A DNA stretch of 64,000 nt from Gammaproteobacteria bacterium. GTDB taxonomy: Bacteria; Pseudomonadota; Gammaproteobacteria; JBCCGL01. Location of the stretch: NCBI GenBank assembly GCA_965277715.1, contig OZ255836.1, positions 1,888,001 through 1,952,000 on the forward strand. The letters run 5' to 3'. Position 1 is the first letter of the stretch; each line of letters opens with the position of its first letter. Of the stretch, positions 39,288 through 50,242 are shown one piece after another. The notes under the pieces are model-generated. The model was given only the letters and a program-made list of their open reading frames with translations. It made no database searches and was not told the origin of the DNA. The translations under genes and the position numbers were made by a program.

Positions 39288-39956
39288 ATGCGCAAAAAAA
39301 CCACCTCTTTTACCACGATCTTTACCTGTTTAAAGTCGATTCTATTTGCACTGGCATTGATACTTTCACCCACGCTGCTGACCATCGCCAGTACCGCAGA
39401 CCAGAGCAAGGCAACGATTTTGATTATTGGCGACAGCATCAGCGCCGCCTACGGCATACCAGAAGATGCGGGATGGGTGGCACTTTTACAAGAAAAACTG
39501 GAACAGAATCATTACAAATTCAACACCATTAACGCCAGCATTACCGGAGAGACCAGCAGTGGTGGCGTCAACCGTATCGACACACTCCTGGCACAGTACC
39601 AACCCAGCATTGTCATCCTCGAATTGGGCGGCAACGACGGCTTGCGTGGCCTATCACTGACAGCCATGCGGAAAAACCTGCAACAGATAATCCAGCGTAG
39701 CCAAAAACAACACGCACAGGTACTGCTGTTAGGTATGCACATACCGCCCAACTATGGCAGCCGCTACACAGCACAATTTCATCAAACCTACCACCAGCTC
39801 GCCGGGGAGCACGCGGTAGCGTTTGAACCCTTTTTTCTCGATGGTGTTGCACAAGACCCACAGCTTATGCAGAGCGATGGCATTCACCCCGCCGCTGCCG
39901 CGCAGCCGATAATGTTGAATCATGTGTGGGCAGTGCTGGAACCGCTGCTACATTAA
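39288..39956 (+). CDS. tesA: Arylesterase/acyl-CoA thioesterase I (GDSL family)
   Basis: GDSISAAYG, ELGGNDGLRG, PPNYG, DGIHP. Confidence 0.92.
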   Translation: MRKKTTSFTTIFTCLKSILFALALILSPTLLTIASTADQSKATILIIGDSISAAYGIPEDAGWVALLQEKLEQNHYKFNTINASITGETSSGGVNRIDTLLAQYQPSIVILELGGNDGLRGLSLTAMRKNLQQIIQRSQKQHAQVLLLGMHIPPNYGSRYTAQFHQTYHQLAGEHAVAFEPFFLDGVAQDPQLMQSDGIHPAAAAQPIMLNHVWAVLEPLLH

Positions 39957-40017
39957 AAGTGGCGATAAACCCCTCTCCAGCGCCTTATCCCCCAGCGCTT
40001 TATTCCTGAGTAACCGA

Positions 40018-40917
40018 ATGCTCGCACTGCACATTATTGAAATTGTCTTCCCATTATTTTTTATTGCGGCGCTGGGGGCATTTTATGCCCTCCGCTACAA
40101 ACCGGATATGACCGTTGTCAATACACTCAACCTGACTGTTTTTGTCCCCGCCTTAATTTTCACCTCACTGGTTAATCACAAAGTGGAGCTGGCCAGTTTT
40201 CAACCGTTGATTATTGGTGCCGTCATCGTGATATTGGGATCGGGTGTACTGGGGTGCTTAATCGCACGGTTGTTTGCATTTGAAATAAAAACCTTTGTGC
40301 CACCCATGATGTTCAGCAACACCGGCAATATGGGCCTGCCGCTGCTGGTGCTCGCGTTTGGCAGCGCGGCCCTGCCTGCCGCGACGATTTTATTTGTGGT
40401 CGAAAATTCACTGCATTTTACCCTTGGCAGTTACCTGCTCAATAAACGCGAGAACCTGATTAAAAATATTTTATCCCCGATAATCCTCGCCACCGCCGCT
40501 GCATTTGCAGTCAACGCGCTGCACATCCCCCTTAACAATACACTGATGCAGCCCATTAATATGATGGGCAATGTATCGATTCCCATTATGTTGTTTTCAC
40601 TGGGCACACGCCTGGCACACGCTAATTTTGCCGAATGGAAAATTGGCCTCGTGGCCGCAATAGCCGCACCGGTTTGCGGCATTCTATTGGCGTTTGCGCT
40701 ACTCCCCTGGTTAGAGCTAACGCGTATGCAGGCCGGTATGTTATTACTATTTGCTGTGCTGCCGCCCGCTGTACTCAACTTTCTACTGGCAGAGCGCTAC
40801 CGACAGCAACCCGCCAAAGTCGCGTCAATTGTGGTTATCAGCCATTTAATCACGTTCATTTCGCTACCGATGGCATTGGCTTACGTATTACCCCGGTTTG
40901 TCTCGCCAATAAGCTAA
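40018..40917 (+). CDS. AEC (auxin efflux carrier) family transporter
   Basis: FSNTGNMGLP, MLFSLG, LPPAVLNFLLAERY. Confidence 0.9.
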   Translation: MLALHIIEIVFPLFFIAALGAFYALRYKPDMTVVNTLNLTVFVPALIFTSLVNHKVELASFQPLIIGAVIVILGSGVLGCLIARLFAFEIKTFVPPMMFSNTGNMGLPLLVLAFGSAALPAATILFVVENSLHFTLGSYLLNKRENLIKNILSPIILATAAAFAVNALHIPLNNTLMQPINMMGNVSIPIMLFSLGTRLAHANFAEWKIGLVAAIAAPVCGILLAFALLPWLELTRMQAGMLLLFAVLPPAVLNFLLAERYRQQPAKVASIVVISHLITFISLPMALAYVLPRFVSPIS

Positions 40918-40926
40918 ATTAAAATG

Positions 40927-41074
40927 GTTACTCTTTAGCGCGCCCACTTTGCCCGGTTTCGGCGTTACGGGTACTCATTGACACATGTAAACTGCACCTC
41001 TTGCCTTGAACCCGGGCAAAGCAGGCGCACCCCAAACAGTTACAAATGAAAACAACATTGGTTTGAATAGTTAC
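40927..41074. repeat. Intergenic imperfect inverted repeat, REP/MITE-like
   Basis: gcgcccactttgcccggtttc (40940) pairs with gaacccgggcaaagcaggcgc (ends 41028); outer gttac-type ends. Confidence 0.55.
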
Positions 41075-41114
41075 TTAAAATATCACTTACGCATACCCTG
41101 CAAAGGCCCAAAAA

Positions 41115-42257
41115 ATGAATTACGACACACGCTACCCCAGCGTCGCCGATTTAAAAATTAAAGCTAAAAAGCGTATACCAAACTTTGCCTTCGACTACGT
41201 GGACGGTGCCATTGACGATGAAAATGGTAAACACAGAAACCGTGAATCCTTTCATCAGATCCACCTGACACCGCGTTACATGCACGATGTTACCGCCACC
41301 GACACATCGGCAGAACTGTTTGGCAAACGGTACGACCTGGCCTTTGGTGTGCCACCTATCGGGCTGGGCAATATGATGTGGCCGGGTGCAGAAAAAGCCC
41401 TGGCAACAGCGGCACAGGCGGCCAATATCCCGTATATATTGAGCACATTCAGCACAACCCTGATGGAGGAAATAGCACAGGCAGCGCCCGATGTGTGCTG
41501 GTTTCAACTTTATGTGCCTAAAAAAATCGAGGCAATGGAAGCACTGATTGGCCGCGCCAAAACCGCCGGGTTTAATGCACTGGTGGTCACCCTGGATATC
41601 CCGGTAGGTGCCAAGCGCAACCGCGAATTGAAAAACGGTTTAAAACTGCCCTTTAGTTTCACACCCAATATCGTCTGGCAAAGCATAATTCACCCGCGCT
41701 GGGCACTTGAAAGCCTGCGCCATGGCGCCCCGGATTTTGTCAATGTACTCCCCTACAAAGAAGGCCCGGATCAGGGGCTGGCAGAATTTATTTCAAATTT
41801 CACTATGGCGGGTGTGCCACTGGAGCGCATCGAACAAATTCGCGCACTGTGGGATGGCCCCTTGATTTTAAAAGGCGTTCAGTATCTGCAAAATGTTCTG
41901 GATGCGATTGCCATCGGCGTGGACGGCATCATCGTATCCAATCATGGCGGGCGCCAACTGGATGCGGCACCCAGCTCTATCGACACCTTAAAAAGCCTCC
42001 CCGCATCCGTAATGGATGATGCCACGATAATGATCGACAGCGGCGTGCGCACCGGGCTGGATGTGGTGCGTGCAAAAGCCTTGGGGGCACAATTTGCCTT
42101 TTCCGGGCGTTCGTTCTTCTACGGAATGGGGGCAATGGGCACTCAAGGCGCCAACCAGGTGATTGAAATCTACCGGGATGAAATCACCCGTACCCTGCAA
42201 CAAATGGGCTGCAACAACTTCACCGATGTGGATGCGAGCTGGTTAAGCCACGAATAG
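41115..42257 (+). CDS. FMN-dependent alpha-hydroxy acid dehydrogenase (LldD-like)
   Basis: WFQLY, LILKG, VSNHGGRQLD, IDSGVRTG. Confidence 0.92.
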   Translation: MNYDTRYPSVADLKIKAKKRIPNFAFDYVDGAIDDENGKHRNRESFHQIHLTPRYMHDVTATDTSAELFGKRYDLAFGVPPIGLGNMMWPGAEKALATAAQAANIPYILSTFSTTLMEEIAQAAPDVCWFQLYVPKKIEAMEALIGRAKTAGFNALVVTLDIPVGAKRNRELKNGLKLPFSFTPNIVWQSIIHPRWALESLRHGAPDFVNVLPYKEGPDQGLAEFISNFTMAGVPLERIEQIRALWDGPLILKGVQYLQNVLDAIAIGVDGIIVSNHGGRQLDAAPSSIDTLKSLPASVMDDATIMIDSGVRTGLDVVRAKALGAQFAFSGRSFFYGMGAMGTQGANQVIEIYRDEITRTLQQMGCNNFTDVDASWLSHE

Positions 42258-42277
42258 CCCCTCAAAAGTAATAACCT

Positions 42278-43036
42278 ATGCTAACCACCCGGTACATCGA
42301 AGCCAACCAGCGCCGCTGTGCCTACGCGCATACGCCAGGTTCTCTTTCAGATCAGCGCCCGGGGTTGTTTTTTCTGGGTGGATTTAACTCGTCGATGCAA
42401 GGACTAAAAGCGATGGCGGTGGAACGCTATTGCCAGGAAAAAGCCATCAGCTTCACGCGTTTCGACTACAGCGGTCACGGGCAATCATCCGGTGAATTTG
42501 CCGATGGCTGCATCAGTGACTGGCTGGCAGACGCATTGACTGTCTTCGATCAAGTGACCGGGGGGCCGCAGATCCTCGTCGGTTCCAGCATGGGCGCCTG
42601 GATCGGCACCTTATTGGCACTGCGACGGGCAGCGCGCACTCGGGGGTTTATCGGCGTGGCATCCGCACTGGATTTCACCCGGCGTTTGGCGCTGGATCAT
42701 CTGAACAAACAACAGCGTAAGGAATTGCAAGCGCAGGGGGAAACCCGCCTACTGTCCTGCTACGACAATGAAACGCCTTATATCATCACGCAGAAACTGA
42801 TCGATGATGGCAATAGGCACTTATTACTAAACCGGCCTATTCCACTGATGGTTCCCGTGCACCTGTTGCACGGCATGAATGACCGGGATATTAGTTGGAA
42901 AACATCAGTGTACTTTGCGCGCTGGTTACAGCATAGCCCCGCAACGCTTACCCTTATCAGGCAGGGTGATCATCGCCTTTCCTCACCACAACACCTTACT
43001 GTTCTCTACCAGGCCATCGATGCGTTTTATAGGTAG
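42278..43036 (+). CDS. Alpha/beta hydrolase (ABHD10-like)
   Basis: RFDYSGHG, VGSSMGAW, LHGMND, GDHRLS. Confidence 0.9.
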   Translation: MLTTRYIEANQRRCAYAHTPGSLSDQRPGLFFLGGFNSSMQGLKAMAVERYCQEKAISFTRFDYSGHGQSSGEFADGCISDWLADALTVFDQVTGGPQILVGSSMGAWIGTLLALRRAARTRGFIGVASALDFTRRLALDHLNKQQRKELQAQGETRLLSCYDNETPYIITQKLIDDGNRHLLLNRPIPLMVPVHLLHGMNDRDISWKTSVYFARWLQHSPATLTLIRQGDHRLSSPQHLTVLYQAIDAFYR

Positions 43037-43349
43037 AAGGTGTTATTACAAGCTTTACGCTGAATCAACACTTTCAACCCTGATCACTTCCCCAAACCAC
43101 TGAAAATCCCTGGTGTAGCGCCGCACCCGCCAATCGAGCACAAATCGATACCAAAGTGTATCGACAGGTACGCCTTATCTGATTGAGATACCCTTAATCA
43201 CTCACTGACAGTACACTGGTTAATCAGACAATGTACCGGGGGTATAGCCTCATGCTATCAATAATTGACGCCAACCTGTCTTCCACAGCGACAGTTTTCG
43301 CTATAATGCATTGATTAATATAGTGAGATCTTTGATAAAGGCCAACCTG

Positions 43350-44180
43350 ATGCTAAAACCGAAAAACTGGCATCCAGGAGAATTGACTGCGGCGTTATCG
43401 GCAATAGACCATGAGACCGATAACCCGCGCATAAAACCCGATTTTCGAAAACCCGCCATTGCCTTGCTGACAATGGCCTTATGTTTGTTGTTAATCCATT
43501 ACCTTAAATATGCCTCAGTCTTTCAGCAGGTATTGCATGTCGTCTCACAGTGGTACTCAAACGATAATGCCCTGTTCGATAACGTAATAAGCAGCCAATG
43601 GTTTCAACTATATCAGCAAGCCTGGTGGGCCTCATGGCATCTGATAGGGTATGTACTCATTCCCTGGGGTGTTATTCATTGGGCATTTAAAGAAAATCTG
43701 CACGACTATGGTATTGGCCTGGGTGAAACACGCCGCTATATTCCCTATGCGATTGCCTTGGCCTCTCCCATTGTGTTTTTCGCTTTTTTAGTCAGCTTCA
43801 GGCAGGATTTTGCCAACCATTACCCGTTTTACCCGCTGGCTTCACGCAGCATCCTCGACCTTATTCTCTGGGAGTGTTTGTATATCAGCCAGTTTATTGC
43901 GCTTGAATTCTTTTTTCGGGGATTTGTATTACACGCCTGCAAGCCCACATTCGGTGCAAGTGCTATTTTTGTTATGTGTGTACCCTACCTGATGATTCAC
44001 TTTGGCAAGCCCTGGCTAGAGGCGACAGGCGCTATACCCTTTGGTATTTTATTAGGGGTACTGGCATTGCGTTCCCGGTCGATTTGGGGGGGCGCGGGGG
44101 TACATATCACCATTGCACTCAGCATGGATTTTATGGCATTAACACAGGCTGACAAGTTACCTGTTCGCTGGCTCCCATAA
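43350..44180 (+). CDS. CPBP (CAAX/Abi) family intramembrane metalloprotease
   Basis: LEFFFRG, IHFGKP, SIWGGAGVH. Confidence 0.88.
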   Translation: MLKPKNWHPGELTAALSAIDHETDNPRIKPDFRKPAIALLTMALCLLLIHYLKYASVFQQVLHVVSQWYSNDNALFDNVISSQWFQLYQQAWWASWHLIGYVLIPWGVIHWAFKENLHDYGIGLGETRRYIPYAIALASPIVFFAFLVSFRQDFANHYPFYPLASRSILDLILWECLYISQFIALEFFFRGFVLHACKPTFGASAIFVMCVPYLMIHFGKPWLEATGAIPFGILLGVLALRSRSIWGGAGVHITIALSMDFMALTQADKLPVRWLP

Positions 44181-44204
44181 CACTGAACCCGGAATTATTT
44201 TACT

Positions 44205-44951
44205 GTGCGAAGAAAACAACTCATCCCGTTTTATTGGTCTACCTTGTTTCTGTGCCTTTTTATCAGTGCTTTTTATGTAGCCTGGATAAGTCTGGCAAAA
44301 CTCAATTTTTTATACCCGCTAGGTTATGCCTTAATTGAAATTGACCAGACAATTACAGAGTTCGCACCGGCTAATTTATATAAAAAACAATTTTCACTCA
44401 CCACACAGGATGAACACATCCGCCTGTTCAATGCCATTGTTAAAGGCATTTTCAATAACGGCGAGGCGTTGGAGGAGATTTATTATCACCAGTCGAATGG
44501 AAAACCAATCGACACATTACTCACACCCGCCGAGATAATTCACCTGAATGATGTTGCAAAACTGATCGGGGTTATTGATGTTGTTGGTGTGATGATGTTA
44601 ATAATCACGTTTCTATTACTCATTCTTACTGCCTGGAAAAAATGGCAGCGCTTCTCTCTTTACAAATACCATTTGGGTGGGATATTACTACTAAGTGGTA
44701 TCATATTTTTAATTGTTGTTACCGGCGCAGAAAAGGTATTTTACGCAGCACACACATGGTTTTTCCCCGACGACCATCAATGGTTTTTTTATTACCAGGA
44801 ATCATTGATGACAACACTAATGAAAGCGCCGGATTTATTCGCGGTTATTGCCATAGAATTACTGGTGTTAGCCCTGTTTTTTTACGCAATAGCACTATGG
44901 GTGCTATGTAAAATGTACCCTGTTCACAATCGAAACGGGCACGCTCCTTAA
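44205..44951 (+). CDS. DUF1461 family membrane protein (Lit-like lipoprotein intramolecular transacylase)
   Basis: EIIHLNDV, FYAAHTWFFP, QWFFYYQESLM. Confidence 0.75.
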   Translation: MRRKQLIPFYWSTLFLCLFISAFYVAWISLAKLNFLYPLGYALIEIDQTITEFAPANLYKKQFSLTTQDEHIRLFNAIVKGIFNNGEALEEIYYHQSNGKPIDTLLTPAEIIHLNDVAKLIGVIDVVGVMMLIITFLLLILTAWKKWQRFSLYKYHLGGILLLSGIIFLIVVTGAEKVFYAAHTWFFPDDHQWFFYYQESLMTTLMKAPDLFAVIAIELLVLALFFYAIALWVLCKMYPVHNRNGHAP

Positions 44952-45133
44952 CTGTCTATTGAACCAATAACAATTTGCGACAATATAAACAAAAACAATA
45001 ACCCTAAGGCCGCACCCACCACATAAAAGACAGCCTGTAGTGTTTTGGCCATCACACCGTCCTTTGGCAATAGCCACGCTATTAACAAACACACGGCAAT
45101 ACCTATCAGGATAAATAGAATCTGCCGGATCAC
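44948..45133 (-). CDS. Small two-TM hypothetical protein
   Basis: 61 aa hydrophobic ORF immediately downstream of thrC. Confidence 0.55.
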   Translation of the reverse strand: MIRQILFILIGIAVCLLIAWLLPKDGVMAKTLQAVFYVVGAALGLLFLFILSQIVIGSIDS

Positions 45134-45153
45134 GATATTTTTGCCAACACCAT

Positions 45154-46227
45154 TTACTTCATATTACCGAGGATAGCATCACGCACCGAGGCAAGCGTGG
45201 CGTCAACACTCAACATCGGCGCGCTACTCTGGGCGATGGCGACATCCGGGTCTTTTAGCCCATGCCCTGTCAGGGTACACACCACCCTGCTACCGGCGGG
45301 AATTTTGCCACTGTGCAAATCGCGCAACGCGCCCGCCACCGAAATGGCCGATGCAGGCTCACAGAAAATACCCTCGCGCTCGGCCAACAGCTTTTGTGTG
45401 GCGAGAATATCCTCATCGCTGAATTCATCAAACCACCCATGTGATTGTTCGATGGCGTTCACCGCCTTATCCCAGCTCTGTGGGTTGCCAATGCGTATTG
45501 CCGTGGCGACTGTTTCCGGGGTCATTACTGGCTGACCGCGCAAAAAGGGCGCGGCACCTGCCGCCTGATAACCCAGCATGACGGGCCGTGAAATGGCAAT
45601 GTCTTTTTCGTAGTATTCGCTATACCCCATCCAATAAGCGCTAATATTACCGGCATTACCTACCGGCAGGCAGTGATAGTCTGGCGCCTCGTTCAATTCA
45701 TCGACAATTTCAAATGCAGCCGTTTTTTGCCCCTGCAACCGGTACGGGTTGATTGAATTGACGATTGAAACAGGTGCCTGTTCAGCCACTTCCTTGACCA
45801 GCCGCATACCATCGTCAAAATTACCCTTAATCTGAATCACCACGGCGCCGTGCATCATCGCCTGGGCCAGTTTGCCCATAGCGATCTTGCCCTCAGGAAT
45901 CAACACAAACGCCGCCATCCGGGCGCGCACCGCGTAGGCGGCGGCGGCGGCGGATGTATTGCCAGTAGAGGCACAGATGACCGCCCTGGAACCGGCTTCA
46001 TGGGCTTTGGTGATCGCCATTGTCATGCCACGGTCTTTGAAAGAGCCGGTGGGATTCAAACCTTCATATTTGATATAGAGTTCGGCATCGACCCCCTTAT
46101 CACCGGGAATATTATGCAGTTTGATCAACGGGGTATTGCCCTCCCCCAAACTCACAACAGGTGTATCTGCCGTGACGGGTAGCCACCCTCGGTAGCGCTC
46201 AATTAACCCTGTATATCTATTGCCCAT
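45154..46227 (-). CDS. thrC: Threonine synthase
   Basis: NPTGSFKDRG, ASTGNTS, PVGNAGN, LTGHGLKD. Confidence 0.97.
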   Translation of the reverse strand: MGNRYTGLIERYRGWLPVTADTPVVSLGEGNTPLIKLHNIPGDKGVDAELYIKYEGLNPTGSFKDRGMTMAITKAHEAGSRAVICASTGNTSAAAAAYAVRARMAAFVLIPEGKIAMGKLAQAMMHGAVVIQIKGNFDDGMRLVKEVAEQAPVSIVNSINPYRLQGQKTAAFEIVDELNEAPDYHCLPVGNAGNISAYWMGYSEYYEKDIAISRPVMLGYQAAGAAPFLRGQPVMTPETVATAIRIGNPQSWDKAVNAIEQSHGWFDEFSDEDILATQKLLAEREGIFCEPASAISVAGALRDLHSGKIPAGSRVVCTLTGHGLKDPDVAIAQSSAPMLSVDATLASVRDAILGNMK

Positions 46228-46284
46228 AAAACTGTTCCGGTTGATTTTAACGGTGTTTTAGAAAGTAAGTACTCTAGTATGACC

Positions 46285-47595
46285 CTATGCCAGCGACTCG
46301 ACGCGAATGCGTACCACATCACCTATTATCGATGGCAGCCCGGCCAACAATGCAATGGCGTTATTGACATCACCCTCTTTGACCTTATGCGTCAGCAAAA
46401 TAATCGGTACCGAGGTGCTGTCAGCCGCCGGTTCCTTTTGTAACATGGCTTCAATACTGATATTGCAGTCACTCAGTATACGGGTTACATCCGCCATGAC
46501 ACCGACGCGATCATCAACCTGTAAACGTAAATAATAAGCAGTCTCGACATTTTCCATCGGCAGTATTGGTCGGTCAGAGAGCGCATCCGCCTGAAAAGCC
46601 AGGTGAGGTACACGGTTTTCAGGATCGGCTGTCAGCGTGCGCACTACATCGACAATATCGGCGACCACTGCTGAAGCGGTCGGCTCTGAACCGGCGCCCG
46701 CACCGTAGTAGAGTGTCGGCCCCACGGCATCACTGTTAACCAATACAGCATTCATCACACCGTTGACATTGGCGATAAGCCGACACGCCGGAATCAAGGT
46801 AGGGTGTACCCGTAACTCAACGCCTGCCGGTGTCTGCCGGGCGATACCCAGATGTTTAATGCGATAGCCAAGTTGATCTGCGTATTCAACATCCACCCGG
46901 TTCACCGCGCTGATACCCTCGGTGTAAACCGCATCAAATTGCAGTGGAATACCAAACGCTATCGAGGCGAGAATGGTTAATTTATGCGCTGCATCGATGC
47001 CTTCAACATCAAAGGTAGGGTCGGCTTCGGCATAGCCTAACGCCTGTGCCTCGGTGAGCACATCGGTAAAATCACGGCCCTTCTCACGCATTTCAGTCAG
47101 AATAAAGTTACCGGTGCCATTGATAATCCCGGCCAGCCAATGGATGCGGTTACCCGATAGCCCCTCGCGAATGGCTTTGATCACCGGAATACCGCCTGCC
47201 ACAGCCGCTTCAAATGCCACCATGACGCCTTTTTTCTGCGCCGCCTTGAAAATTTCATTGCCGTGCAGCGCAATCAGCGCCTTATTAGCGGTAACGACGT
47301 GCTTGCCATTTTCTATTGCCGATAACACCAGGCTGCGCGCCGGTTCGTACCCGCCCATCAATTCGACGACAATATCGATATCCGGGTCATTGACCAATGC
47401 CTCCGGTTCCGTGGTCAACTCAAGCCCTGCATACCCCAGCGCCCGCGCCTTATCGGGATTGCGGATAGCAGCACAGCGGATAACGACACCCCGCCCTGCA
47501 CGGCGGGTGATCTCTTGTGCATTGCGTTGCAACACTGACCAGGTTCCCTGGCCAACGGTGCCCAACCCAAGTAAGCCGATTTTTACCGGTTTCAA
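46285..47595 (-). CDS. hom: Homoserine dehydrogenase with C-terminal ACT domain
   Basis: GLGTVG, VVTANK, EAAVAGGIP, GYAEADP; TTG start after a GGAGG ribosome-binding site. Confidence 0.96.
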   Translation of the reverse strand: MKPVKIGLLGLGTVGQGTWSVLQRNAQEITRRAGRGVVIRCAAIRNPDKARALGYAGLELTTEPEALVNDPDIDIVVELMGGYEPARSLVLSAIENGKHVVTANKALIALHGNEIFKAAQKKGVMVAFEAAVAGGIPVIKAIREGLSGNRIHWLAGIINGTGNFILTEMREKGRDFTDVLTEAQALGYAEADPTFDVEGIDAAHKLTILASIAFGIPLQFDAVYTEGISAVNRVDVEYADQLGYRIKHLGIARQTPAGVELRVHPTLIPACRLIANVNGVMNAVLVNSDAVGPTLYYGAGAGSEPTASAVVADIVDVVRTLTADPENRVPHLAFQADALSDRPILPMENVETAYYLRLQVDDRVGVMADVTRILSDCNISIEAMLQKEPAADSTSVPIILLTHKVKEGDVNNAIALLAGLPSIIGDVVRIRVESLA

Positions 47596-47711
47596 TGAAA
47601 TGCCTCCCAGAGGTAATGAGGGCGTACTAAAAGGGTGTAAATACACCCGTTTTATCGCTGCCTCATTGGTGATGTGCAAAATTCCGCTATTATATCGGGT
47701 TAATAAGGCAG

Positions 47712-48095
47712 ATGGCAGAGACGATGCAATTTAACCTAGAAAAAGGCGGGAACGGCAATGTAATCCAGCGGCACACGCCGGGTGCAGTGACAATTGACAA
47801 TCAGTGTTACCAAACGAGTTTGATCGTTTTCCCTGACAGAATAATCGATAACTGGCCCATTAGCCGTGTAGCGGCACTGAGTATACCGGCCCTTCAGGCT
47901 GTTATTGATGCAAAGCCTGAAGTGTTTTTACTGGGTACAGGTGACACCCAGATTTTTCCGCCCATTGCGTTGCTGGGTGAGCTGGCGCGTATCAACCGCA
48001 GTGTCGATGTAATGGATACCGCCGCCGCATGCCGCACATACAATGTATTGGTTTCAGAATTTCGGCAGGTAGTGGTTGCGCTGATATTGCCGTAG
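47712..48095 (+). CDS. Mth938-like (DUF498) protein
   Basis: LLGTG, VMDTAAACRTYNVL. Confidence 0.9.
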   Translation: MAETMQFNLEKGGNGNVIQRHTPGAVTIDNQCYQTSLIVFPDRIIDNWPISRVAALSIPALQAVIDAKPEVFLLGTGDTQIFPPIALLGELARINRSVDVMDTAAACRTYNVLVSEFRQVVVALILP

Positions 48096-48154
48096 AGCAA
48101 TAAATCGATAGACCAACACCTGGCCAATACCTATTGGCCAGGTGTTGAAACAAT

Positions 48155-49150
48155 TCAGGCGAAAAAAATCGATTCCCTCGAAAAGCCACTGCTTTCAAGA
48201 ATACGCCGCAACCGCCTAAGCGCCTCCATCTGGATCTGGCGTACACGCTCACGCGTCACCCCCAACTCTCTACCGACATCCTCCAGGGTAGAGCGCTCGT
48301 GGCCGTGTAAACCAAACCGACGCACCACCACCTCACGCTGTTTGGTTTCAAGCTCACCCAACCAGTTATCGATATTGGCGTTTACATTGGCGTTTTGCAG
48401 TTCGATGGAAGGGTCGAGATTGTAATCATCCGGGATAATTTCCAGCAGCGCTTTATCCCCTCCCTCACCGATAGGAATATCCACAGATGTAACGCGGTCT
48501 TTCAGACCCAATAAACGTTTCACATCCGCGACAGGTCTGTCTAATAGATTCGCTATTTCATCCGGTGTGGGTTCATGTTCGAGGGTTTGCTCTAAACGCC
48601 TCGCCGCCTTGAGGTAGATGTTCATTTCCTTGATGATGTGGATAGGCAAACGAATAGTGCGCGTGTGGTTCATCAAGCCGCGCTCAATGGTCTGACGAAT
48701 CCACCAGGTCGCGTAAGTCGAAAACCGAAACCCACGCTCGGGATCAAACTTCTCCACCGCATGAATTAAACCGAGATTACCTTCCTCAATAAGGTCCAGC
48801 AACGCCAATCCCCGATTCATATAACGACGGGAGATTTTTACCACCAAACGTAAATTGCACTCGATCATTTTGACCCTGGCAGGCTCATCGCCTTTTTGCG
48901 CAAGGCGCGAGTAGTATTTTTCCTCATCGGCCGTTAATAAGGGGGAAAATTCAATTTCTTTCAAGTAAATCCGCGTGGCATCCATCTCTCTTCGGGAAAC
49001 CCGGCCCACACTAAACCGGGTCTTTCCATCAGGTGCATTTGTGTTAGTGGGTTTACTTTTAGGTAGCTCCGAAGGCAGGGTTAATGCTTGAGTATTCTCT
49101 TCTTCGTCACAATCAGTTACATCCAGTTCTGCAAGGTTGGTGTTAGCCAT
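48155..49150 (-). CDS. rpoS: RNA polymerase sigma factor RpoS
   Basis: [42 protein letters not shown]; downstream of nlpD. Confidence 0.96.
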   Translation of the reverse strand: MANTNLAELDVTDCDEEENTQALTLPSELPKSKPTNTNAPDGKTRFSVGRVSRREMDATRIYLKEIEFSPLLTADEEKYYSRLAQKGDEPARVKMIECNLRLVVKISRRYMNRGLALLDLIEEGNLGLIHAVEKFDPERGFRFSTYATWWIRQTIERGLMNHTRTIRLPIHIIKEMNIYLKAARRLEQTLEHEPTPDEIANLLDRPVADVKRLLGLKDRVTSVDIPIGEGGDKALLEIIPDDYNLDPSIELQNANVNANIDNWLGELETKQREVVVRRFGLHGHERSTLEDVGRELGVTRERVRQIQMEALRRLRRILESSGFSRESIFFA

Positions 49151-49457
49151 TATTTAGTTATCCCGGTTCGAGCCTATACCGAACACAACCCGCATAGCGA
49201 GTGTTATCGTCATATATCGGCCAGGAAGTTATAGCGTTTAAGAGAAATTCAGTGAAAAATCACACTAATCTGTCAATAATTTGGCGATTTCAGTCAAATA
49301 ACCGACACATGACTTGAGAATCATCAAAAAAATGACACAAGCCCGTGCCCTCTTTTCCAAAAATCACTTAAATTCAACAACTTCCTGTATGGTTTTTATT
49401 AGTGGTTTTTATCCGATAGGGACAGCAGCAGGTTTTGTGCCAAAAAAATGAGGCGAG

Positions 49458-50237
49458 TCAACGGGTTGGAAGGTATTTAAGCGGATCGACAGGTTTGCCG
49501 TTTTTACGAATTTCAAAATGGAGTTTGGCAACACCCTGGTTGCTGAGGCCGATCCTGGCAATGGCTTGTCCGGTTTTTACTGTATCACCTTCCTTAACCA
49601 GTAATTTGCTATTGTGTGCGTAGGCGCTCAAAAAAATTTCACTGTGCTTAATAATGATTAATCGGCCGTAAGTGCGTAAGCCACTGCCACTATAGACGAC
49701 CTTACCGCCAAGCGATGCCAACACCGTTGCACCTTTAACACCTTTTATATCGATACCCTGGCGGTCGATTGCCGACGCAGAGAAGCGCGACAATAATTTG
49801 CCCTTAGTGGGCCATTGCCAACGGCTATTAGTGGCGATAGGTTTGGGTTTAACCGCTGACCGGGTGTTCTTTTTTGCCGGTATATTTTTTTTCGGGGGAG
49901 CCGTTTTTTTCGACTTTGCAGATGAGGTGTTGGCAGTCGAGGATTTACCTGAATTTTGCCGTTTATCTGTTTGATTAGGCTTGAGTGCACCACGAATAGC
50001 CAGTTTTTGCCCTGGGTAGATGGTGTAAGGCGCCGACAATTTATTCCAGCGGATCACATCGCGAAAATCCTGGCCGTGGCGCCAGGAAATTGAATATACC
50101 GTGTCACCACGCTTGACCGTGTACACACCCGGCTTGAAATTGCCTTCAAATATCGGTGTGCTGCGAGCGCAGGCAACGATACTCACAACCAGAGCGAACA
50201 GCAAACACATCCGTGGCAATTTCAGCAATGCATTCAT
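49458..50237 (-). CDS. nlpD: LysM/M23 lipoprotein NlpD
   Basis: Lipobox-like IVAC, LysM YTVKRGDT, WQWPTKG, SAYAHN, LHFEIR. Confidence 0.92.
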   Translation of the reverse strand: MNALLKLPRMCLLFALVVSIVACARSTPIFEGNFKPGVYTVKRGDTVYSISWRHGQDFRDVIRWNKLSAPYTIYPGQKLAIRGALKPNQTDKRQNSGKSSTANTSSAKSKKTAPPKKNIPAKKNTRSAVKPKPIATNSRWQWPTKGKLLSRFSASAIDRQGIDIKGVKGATVLASLGGKVVYSGSGLRTYGRLIIIKHSEIFLSAYAHNSKLLVKEGDTVKTGQAIARIGLSNQGVAKLHFEIRKNGKPVDPLKYLPTR

Positions 50238-50242
50238 CTGCG

